A DNA stretch of 58,437 nucleotides from a candidate division WWE3 bacterium UBA1379 (GCA_002305475.1 DBRB01000001.1:1-58437); one strand, 5' to 3'; numbered from the stretch's first letter, positions 1-8,185 are shown. Notes: a model not told the origin generated them from the sequence alone. A program made the numbers and translations.

Positions 1-39
1 TATGTGAATGTAGCATCAAAAAGTGGTGATTTTTCTATT

Positions 40-113
40 TGGCTGGGGGACAGGGATTCGAACCCCGATAGGCGGGACCAAAACCCGCAGTCCTGCCATT
101 AGACGATCCCCCA
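40..113 (-). tRNA. tRNA-Gln (anticodon UUG), CCA encoded
   Basis: Reverse complement folds as a cloverleaf. Acceptor TGGGGGA/TCCCCCA, anticodon stem GCGGG/CCCGC with loop TTTTGGT, T-arm GGTTCGAATCC, 3' GCCA. Confidence 0.9.
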
Positions 114-156
114 ATGTCATATAGTGCTAGTGAATTTTATTATTTTACCATCAATG

Positions 157-185
157 TTGACAATTATTAAGTATGCATCTATATT
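157..185 (+). promoter_or_regulatory. sigma70-like promoter candidate upstream of apbE
   Basis: TTGACA (157-162), exactly 17 nt spacer, TATATT (180-185). Motif match only. Confidence 0.35.
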
Positions 186-294
186 ATATAGAACAGTATC
201 AATATATAGTATTTAGAATGGTGAGGATAATTTTCGAAAAGACATAATTTATATCTAGTAGGAACTATTCATTTAAAATTAAGGTTATTTATAT

Positions 295-1251
295 ATGGGG
301 GTGAATTCTGTAAAAGTGCGAATAAAAAATGAGATTATGGCTTCCGATTTATATATAAGGATTGATTCTGATGAGTGTGCTAAGCAGGATTTAAGAAAAG
401 ATATTAATAATAGTATATCGAAAATTAGAAAATTTACGGATAAATTCAGCCGATTTCGTACAGACAATGAGTTAGCTAACTTTAATAAGAAATCTGGAAC
501 CATGACTGTAAGTAAGGAACTTTACGAGATGCTCTCTATGGCCAAACAGTACTATATAAAAACGAACTATATATTCAACCCCGCTATATATCAAAATCTA
601 CTTCAGGAAGGTTATGTAAAAAGTAGAACAGAGGGATATATCGATCTTAGCTACTCCCCTTCTCGAAAGAAAAAAGATATTAATCCTAATATATTTGAAG
701 AATTATTGTTGCATTCAGGTAATACAGTATATAAACCTGAAAACCTTACTATTGATCTGGGAGGAATAGGAAAAGGATATATTGTGCAAAAAATTGCTGA
801 AGACATGAGAAAAAAACATTCAAACTTTATTATCAATATCGGTGGAGATATATATGCGTCAGGAAGAGATATGATAAGCGACAAAGATTTCTGGGATATA
901 AGAATTGAAGCTCTAACCCATGAATGTAATAATCTAGATTTAATTAGAGTAAAAGACAGAGGAATTGCAACATCTGATAAAAATACACGAAAATGGGTAT
1001 ATAAAGGAAAAGAAAGGAATCAAATGATAGATCCCAGGACAGGCAGAAGTGTACGGAATGACATTAAATCCGTAACTGTTGTATCAGATACAACTATAAG
1101 TGCCGATATATATGCAAAAGTCATTTTAATATTAGGTTTGGAAGCAGGATGTGACTACGCAGAAGAACGTGGCATTGCAACGTATTTAGTATGTATAGAT
1201 AGTTCCTGCCACATCTCCCCAGAGATGAAAAAATATTTTCCGGTTGATTAA
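295..1251 (+). CDS. apbE: FAD:protein FMN transferase (ApbE family)
   Basis: 318-aa ORF with DLGGIGKGY and GIATSD motifs typical of ApbE flavin transferases. The true start may be an internal Met. Confidence 0.8.
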   Translation: MGVNSVKVRIKNEIMASDLYIRIDSDECAKQDLRKDINNSISKIRKFTDKFSRFRTDNELANFNKKSGTMTVSKELYEMLSMAKQYYIKTNYIFNPAIYQNLLQEGYVKSRTEGYIDLSYSPSRKKKDINPNIFEELLLHSGNTVYKPENLTIDLGGIGKGYIVQKIAEDMRKKHSNFIINIGGDIYASGRDMISDKDFWDIRIEALTHECNNLDLIRVKDRGIATSDKNTRKWVYKGKERNQMIDPRTGRSVRNDIKSVTVVSDTTISADIYAKVILILGLEAGCDYAEERGIATYLVCIDSSCHISPEMKKYFPVD

Positions 1252-1323
1252 AAAATGAATATGTTATTTGTTTGAAGCAGAATATGTATTTAGTTAATGC
1301 TAGTATTAAATAGAGGAATAATA

Positions 1324-2049
1324 ATGAATACATTTCCAAATCCAAAGCAGTATATTGCTAAAGTAATTAATAAAAAATATTTGAACTACAAGACTCTTCA
1401 AGTGGATTTTAAAGTTTTAACGCCAAAAGGTTTTTATTTTGTACCAGGACAATTTATTAATATAAAGGTTACGGACTCTGTATATAGGTCCTATTCAGTA
1501 TGCTCAGATTACAAGAAAAAGGATTTTATCGGGATAATTTTAACTGTTGCTCATAATGGATTAGGTGCAAATTATCTTAAAAACATTTCCGTAGGAAGTG
1601 AAGTAACTATTATTGGTCCGTCCGGTAGATTAGTACTTCCGGATAATCTTGCTAATAATATAAATATTTATGTCACAGGGACTGGGTTAACACCTATGAT
1701 TCCGATACTCATGAGGTTGATAGATATTAAGTGTAAATCAAAAATAAGATTATATTACGGAAACAGGCTATTTGAAGATGCCTTCAAATTGGATTTTCTT
1801 AATGAATGCAAGAAAAAATTATACGATTTTGAATATTATATATATGTATCTCAGCCAACAACGGATTATTCAGGATTACGCGGAAGAATAACTGATAATA
1901 TCGTTTTGGAAGATCCCAAGAATACCCAAGTACTTATCTGTGGTAATCCCATGATGGTGAGCGAAATAATCGAAATATTCAATGAAAGGGGTGTGCCATC
2001 AGAATCAATTATCCATGAGAAATTTGTAACATCGGTAAGAAATGTTTGA
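1324..2049 (+). CDS. FNR-type FAD/NAD(P)-binding oxidoreductase
   Basis: RSYS (RxYS FAD motif), GPSG, VTGTGLTP (NAD-binding) and CGNPMM motifs. Start moved to ATG 1324, which follows AGAGGA. Confidence 0.7.
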   Translation: MNTFPNPKQYIAKVINKKYLNYKTLQVDFKVLTPKGFYFVPGQFINIKVTDSVYRSYSVCSDYKKKDFIGIILTVAHNGLGANYLKNISVGSEVTIIGPSGRLVLPDNLANNINIYVTGTGLTPMIPILMRLIDIKCKSKIRLYYGNRLFEDAFKLDFLNECKKKLYDFEYYIYVSQPTTDYSGLRGRITDNIVLEDPKNTQVLICGNPMMVSEIIEIFNERGVPSESIIHEKFVTSVRNV

Positions 2050-2084
2050 AACGTTAAATTAATAGTTTTTATATTTATAATAAA

Positions 2085-2126
2085 CAAAAAATAAAGGGTC
2101 TTAAATGTGGTATCACAATAAGACCC
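2085..2126 (-). terminator. rho-independent terminator candidate for the 2153-2581 gene
   Basis: Perfect 8-bp stem GGGTCTTA (2096-2103) / TAAGACCC (2119-2126). On the minus strand it is followed by a T-rich run (plus-strand A-run 2085-2095). Confidence 0.5.
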
Positions 2127-2152
2127 ATCTGGAAAGAAATTACCAAAGATAA

Positions 2153-2581
2153 TTAATTATCAACCCACCGGAACCTCTGTAGGTCTTCACCTAAAAGATC
2201 ATAAGGTATTAGGATACCATCTTCGCCTATCGAATATAGTGTACCTTTCTCTGGTGTTGGTTTTTTCGGATCGATGCAAATTGCTTTTCGCGTAATACTA
2301 GGTTCATCTACACTCTCAAATGTTACAATAAGTTCCGAATGTCTTCTCTGCTTTTTTATAACCCGCCAAAGTCCCTGAGTGGAATCAGACAAATCTAACT
2401 CAAAAATCTGATCTACATCAGGTGTCAATAAAAATGTAATATCTGCACTCGGGGATGGAATGAACACCGGTTCATCAGACTCTAGTACCCCGCACATAGA
2501 TGTTGCAATCCCAAGTATGCTTAGGGTTATTACCAAAATAACAGCAGATGTTATTAGTGAGACACGATCAAAACGTTCCAC
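2153..2581 (-). CDS. hypothetical membrane-anchored protein
   Basis: 142-aa ORF with an N-terminal hydrophobic segment. No recognisable motif. Confidence 0.5.
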   Translation of the reverse strand: MERFDRVSLITSAVILVITLSILGIATSMCGVLESDEPVFIPSPSADITFLLTPDVDQIFELDLSDSTQGLWRVIKKQRRHSELIVTFESVDEPSITRKAICIDPKKPTPEKGTLYSIGEDGILIPYDLLGEDLQRFRWVDN

Positions 2582-2674
2582 GGTAATTCTCCTCTCCTTC
2601 TATTCTATAGGCTTAGAAATTATTATATCAGGAATATTTAAAAATATATTAGAAAGAAAACAAGTGTAAATATA

Positions 2675-2750
2675 TGGTGGGGGATATAAGATTCGAACTT
2701 ATGACCCCTCGGATGTAAACCGAGTGCTCTAACCGCTGAGCTAATCCCCC
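2675..2750 (-). tRNA. tRNA-Val (anticodon UAC), CCA encoded
   Basis: Reverse complement is GGGGGATTAGCTCAGCGGTTAGAGCACTCGGTTTACATCCGAG...GTTCGAATCTTATATCCCCCACCA. Anticodon loop TTTACAT. Confidence 0.9.
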
Positions 2751-2788
2751 GCTCTGAATTTGCCCTAACATTATACAATCTGGGATGG

Positions 2789-2825
2789 AAAAAAAGTAGC
2801 CCCTCATAGATAATACTATAAGGGG
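2789..2825 (-). terminator. rho-independent terminator candidate for the 2834-3169 gene
   Basis: On the minus strand, CCCCTTATAG-tattat-CTATGAGGGG forms a 10-bp stem with one U-G wobble that only pairs on this strand. It is followed by CTACTTTTTTT. Confidence 0.6.
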
Positions 2826-2833
2826 TTTTAGCT

Positions 2834-3169
2834 TCATACCTTTTGAGACAAAAATTCAACTATGAACCCGAAAATAGCTATAAGTATAGTTATCATATAA
2901 CGAATTACTATGAAATAGTTAATAAATCCTATTAAAAACCACTGAAAAATCGATTTTTCTGACTGTTTTGAAGTATAAAAGAAACCGACCGTAAATCCAG
3001 CTAATAAATTACATATTACCAATACCGCTGGAATTGTATGCATATATAATAACGGTCTATTTAATATCCATTTATTAACTGCCATGTCTAAAACTATCAC
3101 CAAAACCGTAAAAGCAGACAATCCGTAAATGTATGCATTAATCCTAGTTTGAGAGTACTTAGACTCCAT
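2834..3169 (-). CDS. small multi-pass membrane protein, unknown function
   Basis: Hydrophobic ORF. I prefer the start at ATG 3167-3169 (MESKYS...) because AAGGAGGAG lies just upstream and it avoids overlap with the 3234 gene. The ORF track extends to 3274. Confidence 0.55.
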   Translation of the reverse strand: MESKYSQTRINAYIYGLSAFTVLVIVLDMAVNKWILNRPLLYMHTIPAVLVICNLLAGFTVGFFYTSKQSEKSIFQWFLIGFINYFIVIRYMITILIAIFGFIVEFLSQKV

Positions 3170-3233
3170 TTTCTCCTCCTTTTCATTCATATTCAGTTTT
3201 ACATATCTCTCTGGAGTATTATACCATATAAGC

Positions 3234-4166
3234 ATGAAATTATGGGCTCTTTCTAAAGTATTATATATACTCATAATATTTATCCTGTTAGTAATTGCCT
3301 TAGTATTTTCAAAAGATCTTTTTATATATCATCTAAATAACATTGGTAATAATGGTGATAAATCACAATATTATGAAGAGATTACTCATGAATTGAGTGA
3401 AAACCAAATCAATTATGAAGATATATCGGTTGAACAGCAAACAGATTTTGATGAATTAGTTTCAAATTTACGTAAATATAAGGGACAATACTCACTCTAT
3501 ATTAAAAACCTTGAGGATCATGCTGAGGAGTATAGATATCAGGAAAACAAAAAGTACTATGCAGCCTCTTTATATAAAGTACCGGTAGCGGTATCGATTT
3601 TAAAGGAGATTGACAGGGGAAATATTTCATTGGATACAAAAGTTGAATACAAAAAAGAGGATACAGCTGATGGTACCGGCGTAATTTATCACTCTCCTAC
3701 AGGAACTAAATATTCAGTAGAAAGTATTTTATCTTTTCTATTAAAACAGTCGGATAACACCGGACAAAATATACTAATGCGTTCCTTTTCTAAAACCACT
3801 TCTGAACAGGCATTCTCCTTAGTCAATAGACTGAGTGATTTCCATGCTAAAAATATCACATCGGCAAAGGAATATTCCGATTTTCTTATGACCATTTATG
3901 AGGGTGATTATCTTACGGAAGAATCAAAAGGATATTTGTTTGATTTAATGAGTAATACGTCTTTTGATGATTGGATAGCAGATAAATTTAATAAAGATAT
4001 GATATTTGCTCATAAAATCGGGAGTTGGCCGGGAAGTTTTCATGATTGTGGAATATTATTTTATCCGGATAAAAAATATGTTTTATGCATGATGTCAGAA
4101 AACAGTACACTGGAGGAATTTAAGTTAGTCTCAGAGGACGTAGCAGAATTTATGAATATTTTGTAA
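3234..4166 (+). CDS. class A beta-lactamase-like serine hydrolase, membrane anchored
   Basis: S-x-x-K (SLYK), SDN (KQSDNTG) and a KTG-like HKIGSW motif in the expected order. N-terminal hydrophobic anchor. Confidence 0.65.
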   Translation: MKLWALSKVLYILIIFILLVIALVFSKDLFIYHLNNIGNNGDKSQYYEEITHELSENQINYEDISVEQQTDFDELVSNLRKYKGQYSLYIKNLEDHAEEYRYQENKKYYAASLYKVPVAVSILKEIDRGNISLDTKVEYKKEDTADGTGVIYHSPTGTKYSVESILSFLLKQSDNTGQNILMRSFSKTTSEQAFSLVNRLSDFHAKNITSAKEYSDFLMTIYEGDYLTEESKGYLFDLMSNTSFDDWIADKFNKDMIFAHKIGSWPGSFHDCGILFYPDKKYVLCMMSENSTLEEFKLVSEDVAEFMNIL

Positions 4167-4243
4167 GTTACTCTATAGCTACCGACCCCTCATTAATCAT
4201 TTCATATATCTGACTCTTGACTATTTCTGAATTGGAAACATTT

Positions 4244-4483
4244 CTAATCTCCAATAGCGTTATTTGTTTTTCTAGATGGTGTCCAAAACTTAGTTTTTGG
4301 AGCTAACCTTCTAAGTTCTTCCTCTATCTTTATTAGCTGTCTATTCTCAGCTAACAGCTCTTTATGTATCCTTTCTTTCATCTGTCCAATGTATTTAATC
4401 GGGTCTTCTACATACTCTGATTTTTTAGGTCTTCCGGTACTATTGTTGGCGTAATATTTTGAGTAATCAATTACTATTTTCAC
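4244..4483 (-). CDS. hypothetical protein (coiled-coil-like, basic)
   Basis: 79-aa ORF. Its GTG start overlaps the stop of the upstream ORF (GTGA), which suggests translational coupling. Confidence 0.4.
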   Translation of the reverse strand: MKIVIDYSKYYANNSTGRPKKSEYVEDPIKYIGQMKERIHKELLAENRQLIKIEEELRRLAPKTKFWTPSRKTNNAIGD

Positions 4484-4683
4484 TTCTGATCACTTCCCTT
4501 TATGTATCTTCTTTCAAAAATCTTATGAATCTTAGATATTCGTTGTTTAATTAGTGGTGGATCAAATAAATTACCAACAACATCTAGCTTCATGCCTTTT
4601 TCTACGCACTCACATATCTGCTTGTTTATTTTGTAGTATTCCTTGAATGTAAATCTTGATTTATGAGTTAGAATGTCGGCCAT
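4480..4683 (-). CDS. hypothetical small protein
   Basis: 67-aa ORF coupled to 4244-4483. No motif recognised. Confidence 0.4.
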   Translation of the reverse strand: MADILTHKSRFTFKEYYKINKQICECVEKGMKLDVVGNLFDPPLIKQRISKIHKIFERRYIKGSDQK

Positions 4684-4760
4684 AGAAAAAGCCCCGCTTC
4701 ACACAGAACTTTTATTGACCCTTATTCTACATGGTGGACTATCATGAACGATGTTGTTAA

Positions 4761-5300
4761 CTATTTTACATCGAAGGAAGATACAAGTTGTTTCGCCAAA
4801 TTTGCATAATTAGACCCATGTGTTTCTACGTAAATTACATTACTTTGAGTTAATAATATATATTTTAAATAACCGGATGGAACAACGCCTATATAATCAT
4901 CATCAAAAGTAATTAGACTCCCCCATTGTTTCTTTTCTATAGAATAGTCTATATTTTTTGGGTCTATACATATGTAGTCATTACAAATATTCTTAACGTT
5001 AAAATCAGTATTATTATTTGATATAAATACCAATCCCCATAAAGCGGGTGACTCATCGTCAGAAAATCTTATATTTATAGAATTTGCAGATATGCTTCTT
5101 TTGGAGACTGTATCTGGATAAGAAAAGTTATTAAATAGTTCGGGTTTTTCTTCAGAAATTGTATCTTTGTTCACAGAATGTTTTTCTTTTGTGGATTTAT
5201 CATCTAGAATAGTTTTACCTAAATACAATGGTTTCAGTAGGAAGATATATGCGATTATGAGTAATAAAACAGGAATCGTGAGAAGCAAAAAAGTTTTCAT
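4761..5300 (-). CDS. hypothetical secreted/membrane-anchored protein
   Basis: 179-aa ORF with an N-terminal signal/anchor (MKTFLLLTIPVLLLIIAYIFLL). Confidence 0.55.
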   Translation of the reverse strand: MKTFLLLTIPVLLLIIAYIFLLKPLYLGKTILDDKSTKEKHSVNKDTISEEKPELFNNFSYPDTVSKRSISANSINIRFSDDESPALWGLVFISNNNTDFNVKNICNDYICIDPKNIDYSIEKKQWGSLITFDDDYIGVVPSGYLKYILLTQSNVIYVETHGSNYANLAKQLVSSFDVK

Positions 5301-5342
5301 ATATTAATTATACACACTATCAACAGCGGACAAGAATCTACA

Positions 5343-5393
5343 TTTGGTGGGACATCTGGGAGGAAGTTGTGAACTATTTTATGTCCCTCCAAG
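5343..5393. repeat. 13-nt imperfect inverted repeat in a divergent intergenic region
   Basis: TTTGGTGGGACAT (5343-5355) versus ATGTCCCTCCAAG (5381-5393), 11/13 complementary, core GGGACAT/ATGTCCC perfect. GC-rich relative to its surroundings. Confidence 0.4.
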
Positions 5394-5431
5394 AGGCCTA
5401 CTACATCCCAAGTTTATCATATAATTAACTT

Positions 5432-6046
5432 ATGCTTATAAATTACCCGGTTGAGGATAGAACAATAAGCCAACATTTTGGCGTTGATAACACAAATGAC
5501 CCCGCTAAGGGGGATTTCTATACTGTATTTGGTAATAAACATCCTGGTGTGGACTTTCCCGTTCAGGAAGGCACCGAGGTTTTCGCTTCATTTCCGGGTA
5601 TTGTCGTAAGAAACGAGTACCACAAAGGGATGGGGAATGTCATAGGTATTAGGAATGGGAATATTGTGGCACTATATGCGCACTTGAGCGAAGCAACGAT
5701 TAAGGCTGGCCAAATAGTAAAAGACAGGGAATTGATTGGGCTATCTGGTGCGACAGGAGATGCCTGTTTAAGCCCGCACCTGCATTTTGAACTGAGAGAT
5801 ATTTCTAAACCGTCTCTAAAAGACATGGTATTTGAACCTATTTTTGGCAAAGAAATTCTGCAATACGCGGACACCTTTATTTATTCAGTAAACAACAAAA
5901 ATACCAAGAAAACATTAGTAAACCTTTCTAAACTGTACTATGGAACGGATTCATATTGGCAAAAGATTAACGAATCTAATGGTTTTGCATATGAAAAAGA
6001 TGAAATATTAAGCGATGGTCTTAGCGTTATTATCCCAAATTATTAG
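5432..6046 (+). CDS. M23 family metallopeptidase (LytM-type) with a LysM-like tail
   Basis: HPGVDF (HxxxD) and PHLHFE (HxH) motifs. The C-terminus resembles LysM (YGTDSYWQKINESNG). Confidence 0.7.
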   Translation: MLINYPVEDRTISQHFGVDNTNDPAKGDFYTVFGNKHPGVDFPVQEGTEVFASFPGIVVRNEYHKGMGNVIGIRNGNIVALYAHLSEATIKAGQIVKDRELIGLSGATGDACLSPHLHFELRDISKPSLKDMVFEPIFGKEILQYADTFIYSVNNKNTKKTLVNLSKLYYGTDSYWQKINESNGFAYEKDEILSDGLSVIIPNY

Positions 6047-6665
6047 CACTCAGCAGGTGATTAAAAAACTCGTAAGTAGGTTTGGAGTTATAAGCATATT
6101 CAAACTTTTCAAAAATACCCTCATCTTGATTAATACCCTTTATTGATTTGAGAAATTCGAGAAATTTATTCTTGCCGAAAGTATCCACCAGCAGCTTAAT
6201 AGCAAAGCCTGCCTCATTATAGTTTCTCTCATCTGTAAGGAATTTGGAAAACGCGTCCGGTACCTTGTATTTATCAAGCTGATCGGCAATAAACAAAGAT
6301 GTACCTTCAGTTAGCCAGTTTGGTTTTGTATGGTAGCAGATACTTCTGTAGAAACAATGACAGAGCTCATGCTTAATAAGTTTTTTAATATCATCTTCGT
6401 TATATTTATGCGTGCTCTCTTGTGCGATGTTGTCGGGGTTTAGGATTATTATTGCGTTTTTCGTCCAAGTCCAGCCTACGGACCAAGCAGGAGTTTCCTT
6501 TTCAAGAAATGAGTCGATAGTTTTTCGGTCATCCACAATGAAGATTTTTGGGGTGTCTTTTGCCCACTTAATATCAAAAAATTCGTTAAGATCTTGCATG
6601 GCCGTTTCATATGCCTCGTTTATTAATGTGTTTTCCTTGGAATGTATGCTGAAGGTTGGTATCAC
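6030..6665 (-). CDS. MA-clan (gluzincin-like) metallopeptidase-like protein
   Basis: HELCH (HExxH) followed 18 residues later by NWLTEG, the spacing seen in Peptidase_MA_2-type proteins. Overlaps the M23 gene end by 17 nt. Confidence 0.5.
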   Translation of the reverse strand: MIPTFSIHSKENTLINEAYETAMQDLNEFFDIKWAKDTPKIFIVDDRKTIDSFLEKETPAWSVGWTWTKNAIIILNPDNIAQESTHKYNEDDIKKLIKHELCHCFYRSICYHTKPNWLTEGTSLFIADQLDKYKVPDAFSKFLTDERNYNEAGFAIKLLVDTFGKNKFLEFLKSIKGINQDEGIFEKFEYAYNSKPTYEFFNHLLSANNLG

Positions 6666-6705
6666 GCAGTAATTATAAACTATTATGACTGAAAATGGAG
6701 GTGTG

Positions 6706-6745
6706 TTGATACTGAGCCATATTATAGGTATTTTGGTGATATAAT
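6706..6745 (+). promoter_or_regulatory. promoter candidates upstream of the small peptide gene
   Basis: TTGATA (6706-6711), 17 nt, TATTTT (6729-6734). An extended -10 TGaTATAAT lies at 6737-6745. Motif match only. Confidence 0.35.
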
Positions 6746-6808
6746 GTGTGCAGGATACAGCATGAGGATGATTCTGCTGTTGACAATCTACAGAAAGGAG
6801 AGTGCGTC

Positions 6809-6943
6809 ATGGCCGGTGAAAACATTCTTAAGGCCGAGATGGAAGCCATCCAAACCCAGACAGAAGCCGATGCCGCCTACAACGTCTACATTGACGATTA
6901 CGGCAATTATGGCAACTGGATGGACTGCAACGACTGGCATTAG
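6809..6943 (+). CDS. 44-aa candidate RiPP precursor peptide (MAGENILKAEMEAIQTQTEADAAYNVYIDDYGNYGNWMDCNDWH)
   Basis: ATG 6809 lies 8 nt after AAAGGAGAG. It is 113 nt upstream of, and on the same strand as, a radical SAM/SPASM gene. Helical acidic N-terminal part; aromatic, Asn/Asp-rich C-terminal part. Confidence 0.7.
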   Translation: MAGENILKAEMEAIQTQTEADAAYNVYIDDYGNYGNWMDCNDWH

Positions 6944-6971
6944 CCTGCTTGCCTGGCGACCATCGATAGAT

Positions 6972-7014
6972 AGAGGGAGGTAGGAAACCTTAAACAAGTA
7001 GCTTACCTTCCTCT
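6972..7014 (+). promoter_or_regulatory. intergenic stem-loop between peptide and maturase genes
   Basis: AGAGGGAGGTA (6972-6982) pairs with TACCTTCCTCT (7004-7014): 11 bp with one G-U that only pairs in a plus-strand RNA. 21-nt loop, no T-run after it. Confidence 0.5.
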
Positions 7015-7056
7015 GTCGTTCAACTCAAACGCTCAGAATCGGAAAAGGAGACAGAC

Positions 7057-7440
7057 ATGAAAGGCAAATTGGTCATCATGAAGCCTGTCTCAATCGCTTG
7101 CAACGGCAAGTGTGACTACTGCTACAATCTCTCCGTGAACTTCCGCACTCGTCGTGCAATTCCAAAGATGAGCGTGGAGACGGTAGAACGTGTAGAGCGT
7201 GGATTAATTGAGATAGGAATGGAACGCATACGACTGGTGTGGCACGGAGGTGAACCGCTCCTAAGAGGACTACCTTTCTATAAGGCAGTAATGGAGCAAC
7301 AGGCTCGGATTCGAGCTGAATACCCCGCCCTACGCCTGGAAAACGGTATGCAATCCAATCTAACCCGTCTCACGCCAGAGTGGTGCGAGTTTCTGAAGGC
7401 GAATCACATCATGGTCGGGAGCAGCCTCGATGGGTGGTAA
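7057..7440 (+). CDS. radical SAM enzyme, N-terminal part (AnSME-like core), ends at an in-frame TAA
   Basis: KPVSIACNGKCDYCY (CX3CX2C), GGEPLL, SSLDG motifs. GGAG lies upstream of ATG 7057. Same frame as 7483-8178. Confidence 0.75.
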   Translation: MKGKLVIMKPVSIACNGKCDYCYNLSVNFRTRRAIPKMSVETVERVERGLIEIGMERIRLVWHGGEPLLRGLPFYKAVMEQQARIRAEYPALRLENGMQSNLTRLTPEWCEFLKANHIMVGSSLDGW

Positions 7441-7482
7441 GAAGTACATGATGCCCACCGCAAATATCCCGACGGCACAGGT

Positions 7483-8178
7483 ATGTTCAACGACGCAATT
7501 CGTGGAATGGAACTGGCGAGTAAGTACGGCATCCTCGGCGGAATCATTGCTGTGGTAACCGACGTTACGGTCATGCAAGACCCCGCCAAGTTCTTCGACT
7601 ACCTGGTTAATGTATGTCCGAGAGCAGAAAATACGCCCTGCTGGGATGTGGGAAGCGATGGAGAAAAGCCCGCTTACACAGTAGAGAGCCAGGCGTTTCT
7701 CGACTTTACTACGGCAATGTTCGACCACTACTGGAAACTCGACGACCCGCAACGCAGGATGCGAATGTTTCACGGATTCATTCAGGGACTCCTGGGTGGC
7801 AAGGAACTTACTTGTTCATTCAAGGGAAACTGTGGTGACTTCCTGTCGGTGGAAGCTGACGGTAGCATCTATCCGTGTGGCAAGTTCTCTGGCGTACCTG
7901 AGTTCTATCTCGGCAATATCAATGAGCAGCCGTTGTCCGAGATTCTGGAAAATCCTGTGTACGAGGCATGGCTCAACCAGCGTTCCTGCATACCTCAGAA
8001 GTGTCAGGGTTGTAAGTTCGCCCAAGCCTGTAACAACGGTTGCACTTATGAGCGGTATCAAGGGAACGGTCAGTTCGCAGAGCTTTCTCCCTACTGCGAT
8101 GTGTGGTACGGTCTTTACGAGCATATCGGTGGTCGCATTACCGAACTTCAGACCGCACTCGAAGCACAGAAAGCCTAA
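7483..8178 (+). CDS. radical SAM enzyme, C-terminal part with SPASM domain (continuation of 7057-7440)
   Basis: CGDFLSVEADGSIYPCGKF and CQGCKFAQACNNGC (CX2CX5CX3C) SPASM signatures. In-frame codons 7441-7482 read EVHDAHRKYPDGTG, the expected DG-x4-HD-x2-R continuation. Confidence 0.75.
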   Translation: MFNDAIRGMELASKYGILGGIIAVVTDVTVMQDPAKFFDYLVNVCPRAENTPCWDVGSDGEKPAYTVESQAFLDFTTAMFDHYWKLDDPQRRMRMFHGFIQGLLGGKELTCSFKGNCGDFLSVEADGSIYPCGKFSGVPEFYLGNINEQPLSEILENPVYEAWLNQRSCIPQKCQGCKFAQACNNGCTYERYQGNGQFAELSPYCDVWYGLYEHIGGRITELQTALEAQKA

Positions 8179-8185
8179 GTTTGAA

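Noticed and set aside
295-2049. The idea that the FNR-like reductase is the flavinylation substrate of the adjacent ApbE.
   Set aside because: I looked for the ApbE target motif (D-x-x-[ST]-G-A-[ST]) in the 1324-2049 product and did not find it, so adjacency alone does not support the link.
6744-6997. ORFs 6744-6983(+), 6788-6997(-) and the longer 6746 start of the peptide ORF.
   Set aside because: The 6809 ATG has a well-spaced AAAGGAGAG RBS and lies downstream of the promoter-like -10 at 6740-6745. The alternative frames give Pro/Arg/Thr-rich low-complexity products.
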